Made by a program: the position numbers and the translations under genes. Shown here in pieces: positions 36,574 through 47,919 of a stretch of 64,000 nt of DNA. The DNA is from Eledone cirrhosa (lineage: Eukaryota), in the NCBI GenBank assembly GCA_964016885.1, contig OZ024755.1, forward strand, positions 32,488,001 through 32,552,000, read 5' to 3'. The notes under the pieces were generated by a model that saw only the letters and a program-made list of their open reading frames with translations, did no database searches and was not told the origin of the DNA. The first letter of the stretch is position 1. Each line of letters opens with the position of its first letter.

Positions 36574-36713
36574 ATATATATATATATGCAGAGGTTATAT
36601 TTAATTTGTTGGGATTCAACAAAATTTAAACATTTTTATAAAGCACTCAACAGATTAGTGGAGTAAATACACAATATATTAATAAATGGAAACTATATTT
36701 ATAAAACCATATT

Positions 36714-36779
36714 TATTTTATTATACATATTTCAAGGGCAACCAAGGCAAATTATGGTGTGCTTTCATCAGATAAAATA
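36714..36779 (-). ncRNA. Type I hammerhead motif, family H1, intact core
   Basis: Minus strand reads UAUUUUAU-CUGAUGA-AAGCACACCA..UGGUUGCCCUU-GAAA-UAUGUAU-A-AUAAAAUA. Confidence 0.72.
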
Positions 36780-36884
36780 CAGATTTGTTTTATAAATAAA
36801 TATTGACACACTATCCAGGAAGCTCCAACCGTTAAGGTTGTTTTTTTTCCGGGTATGTCAATATTTATTTATAAAACAAATCTG

Positions 36885-36950
36885 TATTTTATTTGATGAA
36901 AGCGCACCATAATTTGCCTTGGTTGCCCTTGAAATATGTATAATAAAATA
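36885..36950 (+). ncRNA. Type I hammerhead motif, family H1, C3U variant (inverted partner of 36714-36779)
   Basis: UAUUUUAU-UUGAUGA-AAGCGCACCA..UGGUUGCCCUU-GAAA-UAUGUAU-A-AUAAAAUA. Confidence 0.55.
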
Positions 36951-37016
36951 AATATGGTTTTATAAATATAGTTTCCATTTATTAATATATTGTATATATA
37001 TATATGTGTGTGTGTA

Positions 37017-37082
<66 letters not shown>

Positions 37083-37579
37083 TTAAGTATTTCCATGGAA
37101 AAGGCTAAGGAAATGTCAGCATGACTTGGCAAGCTATTTAGAACACTGGTTTAACCGCTTTACTTCCCTCCGAAGAAGAGATATTATCTCGAAAATTAAG
37201 GACATTTAAATAAATCTAAGGTAAAAGACTAATTGTCAACAATATCTTTTACATTTGCATTCTTTATTCTATGTCCATACCTGCATTGTTTTGGCTTTAT
37301 TATACATATACAAACGTTTATACCTCATTACACAATGCTTCAAGTGAACTATAACTTCCTCCATATATATATATATATATATATAAATCAGGAAAGAAGA
37401 GTGACACAGTTTCCTATACAAAAAAGGTTTTTAATCTCAATACTGACAATTGTTTCTCTGAACTGGTAGGTCTAGAGATCGCTATCCGCTTATTTTCGCG
37501 TTACTCGATCGCCAATACAAAGTTATAACCAGTCAGTTCATCGGACTAAGTGGACTGCATATAACTATTATTTGTTACC

Positions 37580-37638
<59 letters not shown>

Positions 37639-37861
37639 GTAACAAATAATAGTTATATTATATATATATATATATATATACAACAAACATAACCATACCC
37701 TAATGCACTCATACACACAGAAATGCACTGATATACATACATGTGTATATATATATACATGTACACAAACACTCACACTAATGCACTTATATATACTCAC
37801 ATAAACACACAATTACACACATATACATACTTACATGTGTATATATACATGTACACATATA

Positions 37862-38180
37862 TATTATTCAAAATATTAATAAATGGATACAATCACATAA
37901 TCAAAATATCTGTTTTATTATATATATTTCGGAGGTACTTTGCTGGTTTTTCAATTCCAGTCTTGGCAGTCTGCCAAGACTGGAATTGAAAAAACAGCAA
38001 AGTTCCTCCGAAATATATATAATAAAACAGATATTTTGATTATGTGATTGTATCCATTTATTAATATTTTGAATAATATTAATAACTTCAGAAAACTTCA
38101 CTGTTGAGTGCTTTTAATCTATTGTAAAACTATATTCGTTGAGTAATCAATGAACCTTGTTTTAACATTTGGTTGTAGAC
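37862..38180 (+). mobile_element. H1-related element end with a palindrome of about 217 bp (axis 37970) holding only the 3' half of the hammerhead
   Basis: Arms 37862-37969 and 37971-38078 contain GAAATATATATAATAAAAC; homologous to 30915-31090. Confidence 0.7.
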
Positions 38181-38927
38181 ATATATATATATATATTTAC
38201 AGAAATATAACTACACGTTAATGCACTCATATACACTCACATTCACACACAAAAATATACATACATAGGGATACACGCTGCTAAAATAAACACAGAAACC
38301 TCATTCAGTTGTTCTGTCACCTCAATATCAAAATCTACATTCACAGCTACATATAACATTAATTCTTTCATGCTCATATGAAAATATATAAGCACATTAA
38401 GACATACATATATCTACAATGGTTACTGGTGCAAGAAACTCTGCTTTTCATCAAATCAATAATAGATATATGATAACATGCCTGATTCATACTGAAATCA
38501 TGAATTAGACTGCAAAGCTCCCCTAGGCTAGGTAAAGAATATATGTAACAACACTGTAACATAAATAATGGAACCAAAGAGAGAACCTCTATGAGGTCGT
38601 TTTGATCTGCTACTTATAACAATCAAATATTCCTCAAATCTTACTCTACTCTCTTAAAAGGGAAGGACATATTAGATAAAGTAGTCCTAGGTACTTTACA
38701 TTTTTGTATTTGTTTTGTAAAGTTCTTGATGTGAAATCATGCTATACCTTAGGAGGATTGTGTAGAAAGACAAGATGTAGTAATAAAAGAACAAACAAAA
38801 TCAAAATGAAGAGGAGACACAGAGGAGCACGGCATTGAGAAGGTCACAGAATGTGTGACAAAAGTCCTTTGATAAAAACTATCCAGTTACTAAAACCAAT
38901 GTGTAGATTAGTTACTTGACTAATAAT

Positions 38928-39327
38928 TGTTTCTACTTTTGGCACAAGGCCAGCAATTATCCCAGTGTATTACTGGTACTTTATTTTATCGACCCCGTAA
39001 GGATGAAAGGCAAAGTTAACCTCGACGGGATTTGAACACAGAATGGCAAGGGCCGTAACTCTATACGTCAAAGCATGGCGTCCGACCCTCTACCGATACT
39101 GCCAAGAGATTTCTAATATAGGCACAAGACCAGCAATTTTGGGGGAGGGTAAAGTCGATTAAATTGACCCCAGTGCTTGACTGGTACTTTATTTTATCGA
39201 CCGCGCGTAAGGATGAAAGGCAAAGTTAACCTCGGCGGGATTTGAACTCAGATCATAAAGGGACGTAACTCTATGCTGCAAAAGATGGCGTCCGACCCTC
39301 TACCGACACTGCCAATCCACCGCCCTC
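38928..39327 (-). mobile_element. Head-to-tail pair of family C SINEs within one 18-bp TSD
   Basis: AGTTACTTGACTAATAAT at 38910-38927 and 39328-39345. Confidence 0.88.
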
Positions 39328-39483
39328 AGTTACTTGACTAATAATAAAATGTTTATGAGGTTTTATTGGTAGCATGACCATCCGAAAGTGTGGTAAGTCC
39401 TACATACGCTATCTGAAAACAAAGTATGGTATAGTCGCAGTCGGAAGATGTTGGTCATAGGTCTGTTTGATCAGTGTCAACTT

Positions 39484-40141
39484 GTATGGTAGTGGCTGAT
39501 GATGATGATAGTGATGATGATGATGATGGTCATGTTGTTGATGATGATGATGATAGTGATGATGGTCATGTTGTTGTTGATGATAGTGATGATGATGATG
39601 GTCATGTTGATGATGGTCATGTTGATGATGATAGTGATGATGGTCATGTTGATGATGATAGTGATGATGGTCATGTTGATGATGATAGTGATGATGGTCA
39701 TGATGGTCATGTTGATGATGATGATGATAGTGATGATGGTGATGATGATGATGATGATGATGATGATAGTGATGATGGTCATGTTGTTGATGATGGTGAT
39801 AGTGATGATGGTCATGTTGATGATGATGATGATGATGATAGTGATGATGATGATGGTCATGTTGATGATGATGATGATGATGATGATGATAGTGATGATG
39901 GTCATGTTGATGATGATAGTGATGATGGTCATGATGGTCATGTTGTTGATGATGATGGCGATAGTGATGATGGTCATGTTGATGATGATGATGATAATAG
40001 CGATGGGGATGATGATGGTGGTGGTGATGGTGGTGGTGGTGGTGATGATGATGATGATGATGATGATGATAGCGATGGTGATGATGGTGATGATAGTCAT
40101 GAGGACGATGATGGTGATTATGATGTTGATGATAATGATAG

Positions 40142-40173
<32 letters not shown>

Positions 40174-40354
40174 GTCATGTTGATGTTGATGATGATGATG
40201 ATGATGATAGTGATGATGATGATGGTAATGATTGTAATGATAATAATAGTGGTTATGATGATGATGATGGTAATGGTGGTGATGGTGATGATTGTGATGA
40301 TAATAATAGTGGTTATGATGATGATGATGATGATGATGATGATGGTAATGGTGG
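39484..40354. repeat. Degenerate (GAT)n trinucleotide block with recurring GGTCATGTT and GATAGT modules
   Basis: Direct reading; flanked by a 16-bp direct repeat. Confidence 0.95.
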
Positions 40355-40468
40355 TGATCAGTGTCAACTTTAGGGTAGTGGGGTTATACACAGGATATGG
40401 AAGTGTGGGGTAATAACACAGCTGCAGAAAGAGCAAAAACAGTCACATAGTAGTATCTAGATGGTTAA

Positions 40469-41497
40469 CCCTATAGCATTTAAACCGGTCGTATCTGGCC
40501 AGAATTCCCTCACCTCCTTCTGTTCAAACTGGCCATAACTGGCCACTCATACTTATGTTAAGGTATTGTTCTCAACATAAATAATATCAAAATCTCATAG
40601 ATTCAATATTATGTGAGATATGTGAGGTAAAGCCTTTACTGTGAAAATACAATAGTATATATATAGTAATGTAAATGTTATGTGAGATATTATGTGAGGT
40701 AAAACCTTTACTGTGAAAATACAATAGTATATATAGAGTAGTGTAAATGTTATGTGAGATATTATGTGAGGTAAAGCCTTTACTGTGAAAATATAATAGT
40801 ATATATATAGTAATGTAAATGTTATGTGAGATATTATGTGAGGTAAAGCCTTTTCTGTGAAAATACAATAGTATATATAGAGTAATGTAAATGTCATGTG
40901 AGATATTATGTGAGGTAAAGCCTTTACCACAAAAATATAATCGTATATATATATATATAGTAATGTAAATGCTATGTGAGATATTATGTGAGGTAAAGCC
41001 TTTACCATGAAAATACAATATTATATATAGAGTAATAGAAATGTTATGTGAGATATTATGTGAGGTAAAGCCTTTACCATGAAAATATAATAGTATATAT
41101 AGAGTAATAGAAATGTTATGTGAGATATTATGTGAGGTAAAGCCTTTACTGTGAAAATATAATAGTATATATATAGTAATGAGATATTATGTGAGGTAAA
41201 GCCTTTACTGTGAAACTACAATAGTATATATATATAGTAATGAGATATTATGTGAGGTAAAGCCTTTACTGTGAAACTACAATAGTATATATATAGTAAT
41301 GAGATATTATGTGAGGTAAAGCCTTTACTGTGAAAATACAATAGTATATATAGAGTAATGTAGATATTATGTGAGATATCATGAAAATACAATATTATAT
41401 ATAGAGTAATGTAAATGTTATGTGAGATATTATGTGAGGTAAAGCCTTTACCATGAAAATATAATAGTATATATAGAATAATGTAAATGCTAAAGGG
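40469..41497 (-). mobile_element. Family P MITE with a second 72-bp array (about 13 units, some shortened)
   Basis: TTAA-CCCTATAGCATTT ... AAATGCTAAAGGG; same unit as 9285-11782. Confidence 0.9.
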
Positions 41498-41618
41498 TAA
41501 AGTTTTGTTTTTCTATAGGTCTTACAAAGTATTTAATCTCTGGTTTAGAAACTGGGTAAGTGTGATTCTCAAATGTGCAGTTAGATATAGAAATGAAGAA
41601 CACAAGGATGCCCTAAGA

Positions 41619-41783
41619 CAAGGTTTCCAAAACCTTTTCAAACAGAATCCCTTTTGGTTCAGAAACTTTTTGGGGAACCCCAAAGTCTAATACTGTTATA
41701 TTGTCGCAATAAAAATACACGTCCTTACTTTTTTTCACGGAACCCCAGACAATCATTTGCAGAACCCACTTTGGGAACCACTG
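41619..41783. mobile_element. hAT (Charlie-like) MITE, 165 bp
   Basis: Right TIR TTTGGGAACCACTG and degraded left TIR CAAGGTTTCCAAAA. Perfect 8-bp TSD CCCTAAGA at 41611-18 and 41784-91. Confidence 0.85.
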
Positions 41784-42445
41784 CCCTAAGATAACTGATT
41801 TACATTTCCTACTACATAACCTGAGGTTAATCAACAAAAATATCTCTAAGACCTTGACCTTATTGAAAACAGTAAAGAGAAATCAGCTTATTTCGAAATT
41901 AGAGGTTCATCAAGCAGAATATATCATCTTCTTTGATTAAATTGAAGAAGTTCTATGGATTCTTTGAGGGGGTCACCAACATTTTTTTAATCTTTATTTC
42001 CTGTTTTATTTCCTGTTTTATCTGTACAAGAGAAGTTTAATTCAACTTCTAAAATAAATTTCTTTAATTAAATAACAGAAAAATTCCAAAACCAACAACT
42101 CAAGTGTCGTGAGAGCGGTATTTTATTTTCATTGACTTAAGAGTGAACCGCTGGATTAGTGCTGTCACGATAAGACTTTAATGAACAACACTGTATTTCA
42201 GTTCATTGATAACACATTTAGAGGGATTTACGAAGATTATAAATTATTTCATTATTAAGATGGTGTTTGTAAGATAAATTAACAACAGGGTCCTTTATCA
42301 AATAGTATTGGAAGATTATAATTTAAGTAGAAACCCTTTAAAATTAGTGGTTAGGTTTTATAGAACCAGAGACAGTGGTGAATGTAAAATATGTTATAAG
42401 ATATATATACTAGGACACATTTGAATATGTGTACACCACACCATA

Positions 42446-43193
42446 TGGTGGTGATGGTGGTGGTGGTGATGGTGATGATGGTGGTGGTGGTGGTGATGGT
42501 GGTAGTGGTGGTGGTGGTGGTGATGGTGGTGGTGGTGTTGGTGATGGTGGTGGTGGTGATGGTGGTGGTGGTGGTAGTGGTGGTGGTGGTGATGGTGGTG
42601 GTGGTGGTGGTGGTGGTGGTGGTGGTGGTGGTGGTGGTGATGATGGTGATGGTGGTGGTGGTAGTGGTGGTGGTGATGATGGTGGTGATGGTGATAATGA
42701 TGATGATGGTGGTGGTGATGGTGGTGATGGTGTTGGTGATGGTGGTGGTGGTGATGGTGGTGGTGATGGTGATGGTGGTGGTGGTGGTGGTAGTGGTGGT
42801 GGTGATGATGGTGGTGGTGGTGGTGGTGGTGATGGTGGTGATGTTGGTGGTGATGGTGGTGGTGATGGTGATGGTGGTGGTGATGGTGGTGGTGGTAGTG
42901 GTGATGGTGGTGATGGTGGTGATGGTGGTGGTGATGGTGGTGGTGATGGTGGTGGTGGTGATGGTGATAATGGTGGTGGTGGTGATGGTGGTGATGGTGA
43001 TGTTGGTGGTGATGGTGGTGGTGGTGGTGGTGCTGATGATGGTGGTAGTGGTGGTGCTGATGATGGTGGTGGTAGTGGTGATGGTGGTAGCGGTGATGGT
43101 GGTGGTGGTGATGATGATGATAATAGTGATAATGATGACGACAATGATGATAATGATGGTCATGTTGATGATGATGATGATGATAATGTTGAT
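42446..43193. repeat. (GGT/GAT)n trinucleotide block
   Basis: Direct reading. Confidence 0.97.
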
Positions 43194-43292
43194 TTGAACA
43201 TATGAAATATTCCAGTGATATCACCCACCCACATATATATATATTAATCTAACAATGATAAAAGCTAATCTATCAGTAGGATATCTCATGTG

Positions 43293-43384
<92 letters not shown>

Positions 43385-43387
<3 letters not shown>

Positions 43388-43705
43388 GCACATGGCTTAG
43401 TGGTTAGGGCATTGGCCTTGCAATCGAAAGGTTGTGAGTTCAATTCTCAGACCGGGTGATGTGTTGTTTCCTTAAGCAAGACACTTTATTTCACATTGCT
43501 CCAGTTTACTCAGCTGTAGAAATGAGATTCCACTGCAAAGTGGTCGTGGAGGTGCCACGGCAAAAAAGCACCCAGCGCTCACTGTAAATGAGGTTGGTGT
43601 TAGGAAGGGCATCCAGCTGTAGAAATCAAGCCAGAATCAGTTCCCGTCCCACCCTTGCAAGCAGGGAAAAAGCGGATGTAAAATGAAATGATGATGATGA
43701 AATGA
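43385..43705 (+). mobile_element. CORE-SINE family B after (TC)n(TA)n, followed by a 5'-truncated family C SINE (43730-43870)
   Basis: Near-identity to 6903-7247. Confidence 0.9.
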
Positions 43706-43905
43706 TATATATACATTATATTAATAAATGGAGTTACGGCCCTTGCCATTCTGAGTTCAAATCCCGCCGAGGTTAACTTTGCCTTTCATCCTTACGGGGG
43801 TCGATAAAATAAAGTACCAGTAATGCACTGGGTAATTGCTGACCTTGTGCCTAACGTAGAAACAATTATATTAATAAATAGAAACTATATTTATAAAACC
43901 ATAAT

Positions 43906-43971
43906 TATTTTATTATATATATTTCAAAGGCAACCAAGGCAAATTTTGGTGCGCTTTCATCAGATAAAATA
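43906..43971 (-). ncRNA. Type I hammerhead motif, family H1, intact core
   Basis: Minus strand reads UAUUUUAU-CUGAUGA-AAGCGCACCA..UGGUUGCCUUU-GAAA-UAUAUAU-A-AUAAAAUA. Confidence 0.72.
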
Positions 43972-44322
43972 CAAAATTTGTTTTATAAATGTTGACATAC
44001 CCGCTGAAGAACAATCTTGACGGTTGGAGGTTCGTTGGATAATTATGGTTTTATAAATATAGTTTCCATTTATTAATATAATGAATATTTACTCCACCAA
44101 TCTGTTGAGTGCTTTATATCAGTTATAAAACTTTTAAGCTTGTTGAATTCCAACAAATTAAATATAACCATTGCATATATATATATATATGTAGAAGTTA
44201 TATTTAATTTGTTGGGATACAACAAGCAAATATTTTTATAACTGATATAAAGCACTCAACAAATTTTTGGAGTAAAAATACAATATATTAACAAATGGAA
44301 ACTATATTTATAAAACCATATT

Positions 44323-44387
44323 TATTTCATTATACAAATTTCAAGGACACCAAAGCAAATTATGGTGAGCTTTCATCAGATAAAATA
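44323..44387 (-). ncRNA. Type I hammerhead motif, family H1 (stem III mismatch)
   Basis: Inverted partner of 44421-44485. Confidence 0.6.
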
Positions 44388-44420
44388 TAATATAATATAA
44401 ATCAGTATAGATCTATATTA

Positions 44421-44485
44421 TATTTTATCTGATGAAAGCGCACCATAATTTGCTTTGGTGTCCTTGAAATATGTATAATGAAATA
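44421..44485 (+). ncRNA. Type I hammerhead motif, family H1, intact core
   Basis: UAUUUUAU-CUGAUGA-AAGCGCACCA..UGGUGUCCUU-GAAA-UAUGUAU-A-AUGAAAUA. Confidence 0.72.
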
Positions 44486-44523
44486 AATATGGTTTTATAA
44501 ATATAGTTTCCATTTGTTAATAT

Positions 44524-44559
<36 letters not shown>

Positions 44560-44569
44560 TATATATGTA

Positions 44570-44735
44570 TCCCACCACCATTACTACCACCCCCATTACC
44601 ATCATTGCCACCACCATCATCATCACCATCAATACCGCCATCAGTACCACCACCACCACCACTGCCACCATCATCACCACCACCACCAAAACCATCATAG
44701 CCACTACTACTACTACCACCACCACCACCACCACA
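44570..44735. repeat. (CAC/CAT)n block
   Basis: Direct reading. Confidence 0.95.
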
Positions 44736-44884
44736 CAATCAATAACTGATCAATCAATGTATATTGATATGCTTCACTTCAATACACACAATATTTCATA
44801 CTTAATATCCCCCACCCCCCGCCAATAACAACAATGATGATGATGATGATGATGATTATTATTATTATTATTATTATCCTTAAT

Positions 44885-45101
44885 AATATTGGTTTCTTAT
44901 ATAGGCACAAGGACAGCAATTTTGGGGGAGGGGCAGTCGATTAAATCGACCCCAGTGCGTGACTGGTACTTTATTTTATCGACCCCGTAAGGATGAAAGG
45001 CAAAGTTAACCTCAGCGGGATTTGAACTCAGATCGTAAAGGGACGTAACTCTATGCTGCAAAGCATGGCATCCGATTCTCTACTGATACTGCCAATCCAC
45101 C
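44885..45101 (-). mobile_element. Family C SINE (long-tail variant), followed by a (TAC)n/(CAC)n block at 45112-45400
   Basis: Homology to 39108-39327. Confidence 0.88.
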
Positions 45102-46139
45102 AATAATAATATCACTACTACTAGTACTACTACTTCTACTACTACTAGAGCTACTGCTACTACTACTACTACTACTACTATTACTAGAGCTACTGATGCT
45201 ACTACTACTAGAGCTACTACTACTACTACTAGAGCTACTGTTGCTACTACTACTAGAGCTACTGCTGCTACTACTACTACTACTATTACTAGAGCTACTG
45301 ATGCTACTACTACTACTACTACTAGAACTACTGATGCTACTACTACTAGTACCACAACCACCACCACAACCACCACAACCACCACTACTACTACAACAAC
45401 AAAAGTAATAAGACTGATCACATGTTTGTTTTCCTCCAACTAATATAGAATGAGATAAACAGATTTTAAAATCTAGGTGTGCTGAATCTAACAGAGAGAG
45501 AGCTCAGATATTGCAAGTCAGATAATCCTTTCTCTTGTCACAGATCAGACTAAGAATTCTATAGCTTTGGCATTTCTGACAGACTTTTCTTGTGGAACAG
45601 TTTCAAAAAGCTTTAAAAGATCTCAGGGATGTTAGGACATTACAATACCAAAGTATATGAAAGAAAATAAAAAAAATATATATATATTATAGACGTTTTA
45701 AGTAGATAATTTGGTTAAAAGTAAAGCATAAGGTTTCAAGATTGCGATTGCTAAATTTTAGACAAATACTTTTACTAGGCTGGTGAAAAAAGTAGATGTA
45801 TTGCTTCTGTTATATAGTAATACCGATCTGACAGTTTGTATTTTATATATTTTCTTCTCTGGCATAGGTCAGAAGAAACTGCAGATAAAAACATTTATGA
45901 TCTTCAAAGATAAGTGTTTTACAATAGAACTCTTGTATCAGGAGTTAAGAATAGCATCTATTTTCTTTTTAATACACATAATAGTATCATTGTTGATTTA
46001 TGTTTCAATTCAAAAGAAGCTATGGAAACTATAAATTTGGAACTTGTTTCAAGCATTATACAAATATTTGTGTTGAAGAAAATGCTATTATTTTTACCAA
46101 ATCTTTATGTTACATTTAGCTTATTTTTGTTTTCATAAA

Positions 46140-46740
46140 ATCTTATATTCAACTACACCACCTCGCCATTACTGATAAAGACTGATTAGTTCCATGAGAC
46201 AACAATAGAAGGAGTTCAAGTGATCATAAGGAAACACCATTGAGAATATAGAAGTGGGAATGATACTACAAGAGTTGAAACTTCAGAAAACCACTTAGGG
46301 AATTCATTATATAATTACCTGGTGAGGTTGAAAGTCAGATCAATAATGTCTTGATGAAAGGAAGAAAAAAAACACACAACAACTCACAAAAGGTTTATGG
46401 ACAATTGATATTTAAAGATGAATATGTCAGCTTCTATCTAAAGAGATTAAAGACCTACGAGTTCATAGCAAAAGTAATGAAAGTCAAGAGAAAAGATACT
46501 AGTACTAAAAGAAGTAAGAAAACTTTTACTTTATCACACTTGTTCGTAGTGATAATAGCAGAAGAGATATGAAAATGTCATTGATAAGAAGTTAATACTC
46601 AACAGTAGAATCAACATGGATGCTAGCTAAGGAAACCATTATGGAGGAGATGGTTTGTCATGAAAGTTAGAACACAAAAAAATAGGGAAAGAACCCCATT
46701 CATTCTGGTGTAATGAAAACATCAAAATGCTGGATAGTTA
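46140..46740 (+). pseudogene. Possible highly decayed LINE reverse transcriptase fragment
   Basis: Purine-rich strand bias; LSHLFVVIIAEEI resembles the LSPxLFxIVMDEI RT motif. No YADD motif is recoverable. Confidence 0.25.
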
Positions 46741-46882
46741 GCGTATATATTCATGTATATGCTGAGAAATATGAGACAATTTAAAAAATATATCTGTAAA
46801 ATATACAATTATCGGGAAGTTGTGAGGAAACATATTGAGGTGGGGGGCAGTATGCACACAAATATATATATATATATATATA

Positions 46883-47218
46883 TGGAGGCACATGGCTTAG
46901 TGGTTAGAGCATTGGCCTTGCAATCGAAAGGTTGTGAGTTCAATTCTCAGACCGGGTGATGCGTTGTTTCCTTGAGCAAGGCACTTTATTTCACATTGCT
47001 CCAGTTTACTCAGCTGTAGAAATGAGATGATAGGGACTGGGGTTCCTATCATACCACTGCAAAGTGACCGTGGAGGTGCCACGGCAAAAAAGCACCCAGC
47101 ACTCACTGTAAATGAGGTTGGTGTTAGGAAGGGTATCCAGTTGTAGAAATCAAGCCAGAATCAGTTCCCGTCCCACCCTTGCAAGCAGGGAAAAGTGGAC
47201 GTAAAATGAAATGATGAT
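46883..47218 (+). mobile_element. Full-length CORE-SINE family B within (TA)n
   Basis: Near-identity to 6903-7247. Confidence 0.9.
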
Positions 47219-47394
47219 ATATAAAAAAGAAAATTTCGCTCTACATGGCTGAATATAATAAATGTAATCTGAGTTTTTCGAATATTAATAATAGCATTCA
47301 ATTCGTTTGCAATTATGCAAACAAGCCTCAATTTTATAGTCATGTCAGTAGAATGAACACTTCATTCTTGCTCTTATGTTGGCATGCGAACAGA

Positions 47395-47440
47395 ACTGCA
47401 GACACTAATGTTTCTGGGTATCACCCTTCATCAGTACAGC
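47395..47440 (-). ncRNA. Minimal type I hammerhead motif, family H5 (GUC site)
   Basis: Minus strand reads GCUGUA-CUGAUGA-A-GGGU-GAU-ACCC-A-GAA-ACAUUAGUGU-C-UGCAGU, with a near-palindromic stem III. Confidence 0.75.
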
Positions 47441-47583
47441 TCACTTTCACCTGCCAAACTGTCAGAGCTAGTGAAAATATATGCTATTTTCAAAGATACA
47501 CAGTGACTGATTGGCCTGATTTGCATATTAACAGACTGGCTGATCAGTCAGATCTGCATATTAGCAGACCCACTGATCAGTTG

Positions 47584-47793
47584 ATCGAAATTGCAATTGG
47601 AGTCTTTTTAAGAATATTTATTTGGTTCCTTTACCGGTTTCGCAGTTCTTATGCTTTTCAAAAGTAGAATTGAGATGGAGAGAAAAACCACAAACCCTCC
47701 ATCTCAATTCTACTTTTGAAAAGTATAAGAACTGCGAAACCGGTAAAGGAACCAAATAAATATTGTTAAAAAGACTCCAGTTGCATTTTCGAT
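47584..47793. repeat. Inverted repeat (arms of about 97 bp, spacer of about 16 bp) containing a hammerhead 3' half
   Basis: GCGAAACCGGTAAAGG in the right arm and its complement in the left; no CUGANGA within the arms. Confidence 0.85.
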
Positions 47794-47919
47794 TTCATCT
47801 TTTTTCCTTATACTTTCACTCGTGTAGGACATCTTGTTTTTTTTTTCATTTTGAAAAAAAAACACATTTTCTAATATATAAGACCCGCCTTGCCTAAGTA
47901 CAAAGCGAAACCTACAGTC

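Noticed and set aside
39474-40436. Asp/His-rich 299-aa ORF resembling an acidic biomineralisation protein
   Set aside because: It is a (GAT)n block, open in several frames on both strands, with no codon variety, signal peptide or splice evidence.
42351-43224. Poly-Pro, poly-His, poly-Gly and poly-Thr ORFs
   Set aside because: Simple (GGT/GAT)n repeat.
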